Below are positions 62,482 through 64,000 of a stretch of DNA of 64,000 bases, one piece after another. Position 1 is the stretch's first letter. Each line of letters starts with the position of its first letter. The DNA comes from Micrococcales bacterium (GTDB taxonomy: Bacteria; Actinomycetota; Actinomycetes; S36-B12; GCA-2699445), in NCBI GenBank assembly GCA_002699445.1, contig PAAU01000084.1, positions 5,324-69,323 on the forward strand, read 5' to 3'. Below the pieces are notes generated by a model that was not told the origin of the DNA, did not search any database, and saw nothing but the letters and a program-made list of their open reading frames with translations. The position numbers and the translations under genes are program-made.

Positions 62482-62796
62482 ATGCCCGAATGGAACTCGT
62501 TTTCCTACGCTTTTGGTCCGCTGTTGGCCCTGGTGGGGGTACTCGTGATCATTTGGATGTTGAAGCGGGCGGGTTTCGACGAGAAACCCGACCCCGAAGA
62601 ACCTGAGCATGTGCGTGCGCCCATCATCGGTCCAATGTCATGGGCAGATGCAAACCGAGTGGCGAAACAACTTCAGGAGGCGGGGCTTGAGGGCGCGATT
62701 TCGGACCAAGGCGATGGCTTTCGGGTTACTGTTCCCGCAGATGACGTAGCGCAAGGCCGCCGCGTCATCTGGAGTGAGCTCTTTCCTGGTTCGTAG
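62482..62796 (+). CDS. hypothetical small membrane-anchored protein
   Basis: 104 aa with an N-terminal TM helix 'FGPLLALVGVLVIIWML' and a roughly 60-aa soluble alpha/beta-looking C-domain. I recognise no motif. Confidence 0.5.
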   Translation: MPEWNSFSYAFGPLLALVGVLVIIWMLKRAGFDEKPDPEEPEHVRAPIIGPMSWADANRVAKQLQEAGLEGAISDQGDGFRVTVPADDVAQGRRVIWSELFPGS

Positions 62797-62799
62797 GCT

Positions 62800-63597
62800 T
62801 CATCTGGTGGGTGCCGATACCGCATCATTCACGATGTCGGTGAAACCTCGACAGCCCGCTGAGTTGATGTGGACTCCGTCAGAGTGAAACCACTCCGGAT
62901 GCTGTTCCGCCGCGGCACCAAAATCGGCCACTCGGACGTTGTCGTAATCGGCCGCTGCCGCTCGAATAAGGTCGTTCATGGAATCCCGGAACTGGTACTG
63001 CGCTTTGTCAGGCAAAGCAATCGTGACCCATACGACTCGCTCCTGGGCCTGCACTAGCGACATGGCGCTTCGGAAACCATCGAGACTAAACGGTCCATTG
63101 GTTCCTAAATGAATCACGACAGTTTCAGGCAGGCCATTCGCCTGCTGTACCTTTAGCCGCTGAAGTCCCTCCGCAAACTGCCGGCCCACTGAGGAGTCCA
63201 GCCGGTATCCATCGGTTATCAAACATGACTCAGCGCCCATGGAGACACTGTCGCCCACGATGAGGCCGCCCGTTGCTCTGACGGCCTTCGCTTCTTTCAG
63301 AGCTTGTTGTCGGGCCTTCTTCTTGGCTGCACGCTTACGCGCTAACTGTCGTGCCTCCCGGGCCGCTTTAAGCTCCGCAAGCCGCTGCGCTTCTAACTGT
63401 GCCAAGCGCTCGTAATATCGAAGGAACATCGACTTGTAACGGACACTGTCAAGAATGGGACTCACAGTTGAGGATGGTTCGGCCACCTGCTCAGTCGACT
63501 CCGAGTCGGCAGCGGCTGTAACGTGCACAAGCACCAGGCTGGCCGTGATCGCGGCAAGACACACCACAACCGCACGTCGCTGAGCCCTACCAATCAT
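62800..63597 (-). CDS. secreted/anchored SGNH-like hydrolase with basic coiled-coil linker
   Basis: Signal/anchor 'RRAVVVCLAAITASLVLV', a Lys/Arg/Ala-rich helix, then SGNH blocks 'IVGDSVSMG', 'HLGTNG' and 'SDGVHIN'. ATG at 63597 is preferred over 63666. Confidence 0.7.
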   Translation of the reverse strand: MIGRAQRRAVVVCLAAITASLVLVHVTAAADSESTEQVAEPSSTVSPILDSVRYKSMFLRYYERLAQLEAQRLAELKAAREARQLARKRAAKKKARQQALKEAKAVRATGGLIVGDSVSMGAESCLITDGYRLDSSVGRQFAEGLQRLKVQQANGLPETVVIHLGTNGPFSLDGFRSAMSLVQAQERVVWVTIALPDKAQYQFRDSMNDLIRAAAADYDNVRVADFGAAAEQHPEWFHSDGVHINSAGCRGFTDIVNDAVSAPTR

Positions 63598-63752
63598 GAT
63601 ATAGAGGCTATCTTGGTGGCCTTGACGACAAAGCAATATGTTCAAAAATGCCAGCTGCCGATCCATTCCGGTACACGATCTGAAGCGACAAGGCTCTGGG
63701 AAACGGCTGATAAATCGCAGGGTTCAAGGAAAACGATCACTCGTATTGCCCG

Positions 63753-64000
63753 TCAGTTTGCCTCTTGCATACCTCGCAGTTCGCGCTTTAACGAACGGAT
63801 TTCATCTCGATATCGAGCGGCCATTTCGAACTGTAACTCTTCCGCTGCGGTATGCATTTGGGCATTGAGCTGCTCAATGAGCTCAGCTAGCTCGGACTCC
63901 GCCAAACTGCGATCCGGGCGTTCCGGTCCGGCTACCGCCGGGCCACGACCTCGGCCACGACTCTGGGTGCGTGCCGATCCAAGCAACGTGGCGGTATCTT
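63753..64000 (-). CDS. uvrB: excinuclease ABC subunit B, C-terminal end (partial; continues past the window edge)
   Basis: UVR domain 'LNAQMHTAAEELQFEMAARYRDEIRSLKRELRGM' at the C-terminus. The reading frame is open to position 64000. Confidence 0.85.
   Translation of the reverse strand, partial: DTATLLGSARTQSRGRGRGPAVAGPERPDRSLAESELAELIEQLNAQMHTAAEELQFEMAARYRDEIRSLKRELRGMQEAN

Overview
This 64-kb window comes from a high-GC Gram-positive (Actinomycetota) chromosome. I cannot place it more precisely by eye. It is about 95% coding. I call 60 complete CDS and one CDS that runs off the 3' edge (uvrB C-terminus), many joined by ATGA/GTGA/TAATG overlaps. Gene order matches, from my memory of M. 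tuberculosis and Streptomyces synteny, a conserved actinobacterial housekeeping backbone. In order: dinG-like helicase, hflX, dapF, miaA, miaB; pta-ackA; nfeD-SPFH-trmH; serB; tldD-pmbA; ABC-F; the suf operon (sufR-B-D-Rieske-C-S-U-T); an ABC-2 exporter with ctaA; ndh; ctaB; tkt-tal-zwf-opcA-pgl; rbpA; secG-tpiA-pgk-gap; whiA-yvcK-rapZ-uvrC; uvrA; and the uvrB 3' end. I saw no rRNA or tRNA genes, IS elements, transposases, integrases, CRISPR arrays, phage or recognisable defence genes, or long repeats. The largest non-coding gap is about 196 bp. My honest reading is that this is an ordinary core region, and I found no convincing evidence of a new multi-gene system. The findings are low-to-moderate-interest pockets: poorly characterised genes, unusual couplings, a candidate SufR operator, a candidate small ORF upstream of ctaB, and lineage-specific insertions. 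Many ORF-track starts were trimmed where they overlapped the upstream gene and a better-supported internal start with an RBS existed. Stop coordinates are firm, but starts remain uncertain by a few codons.
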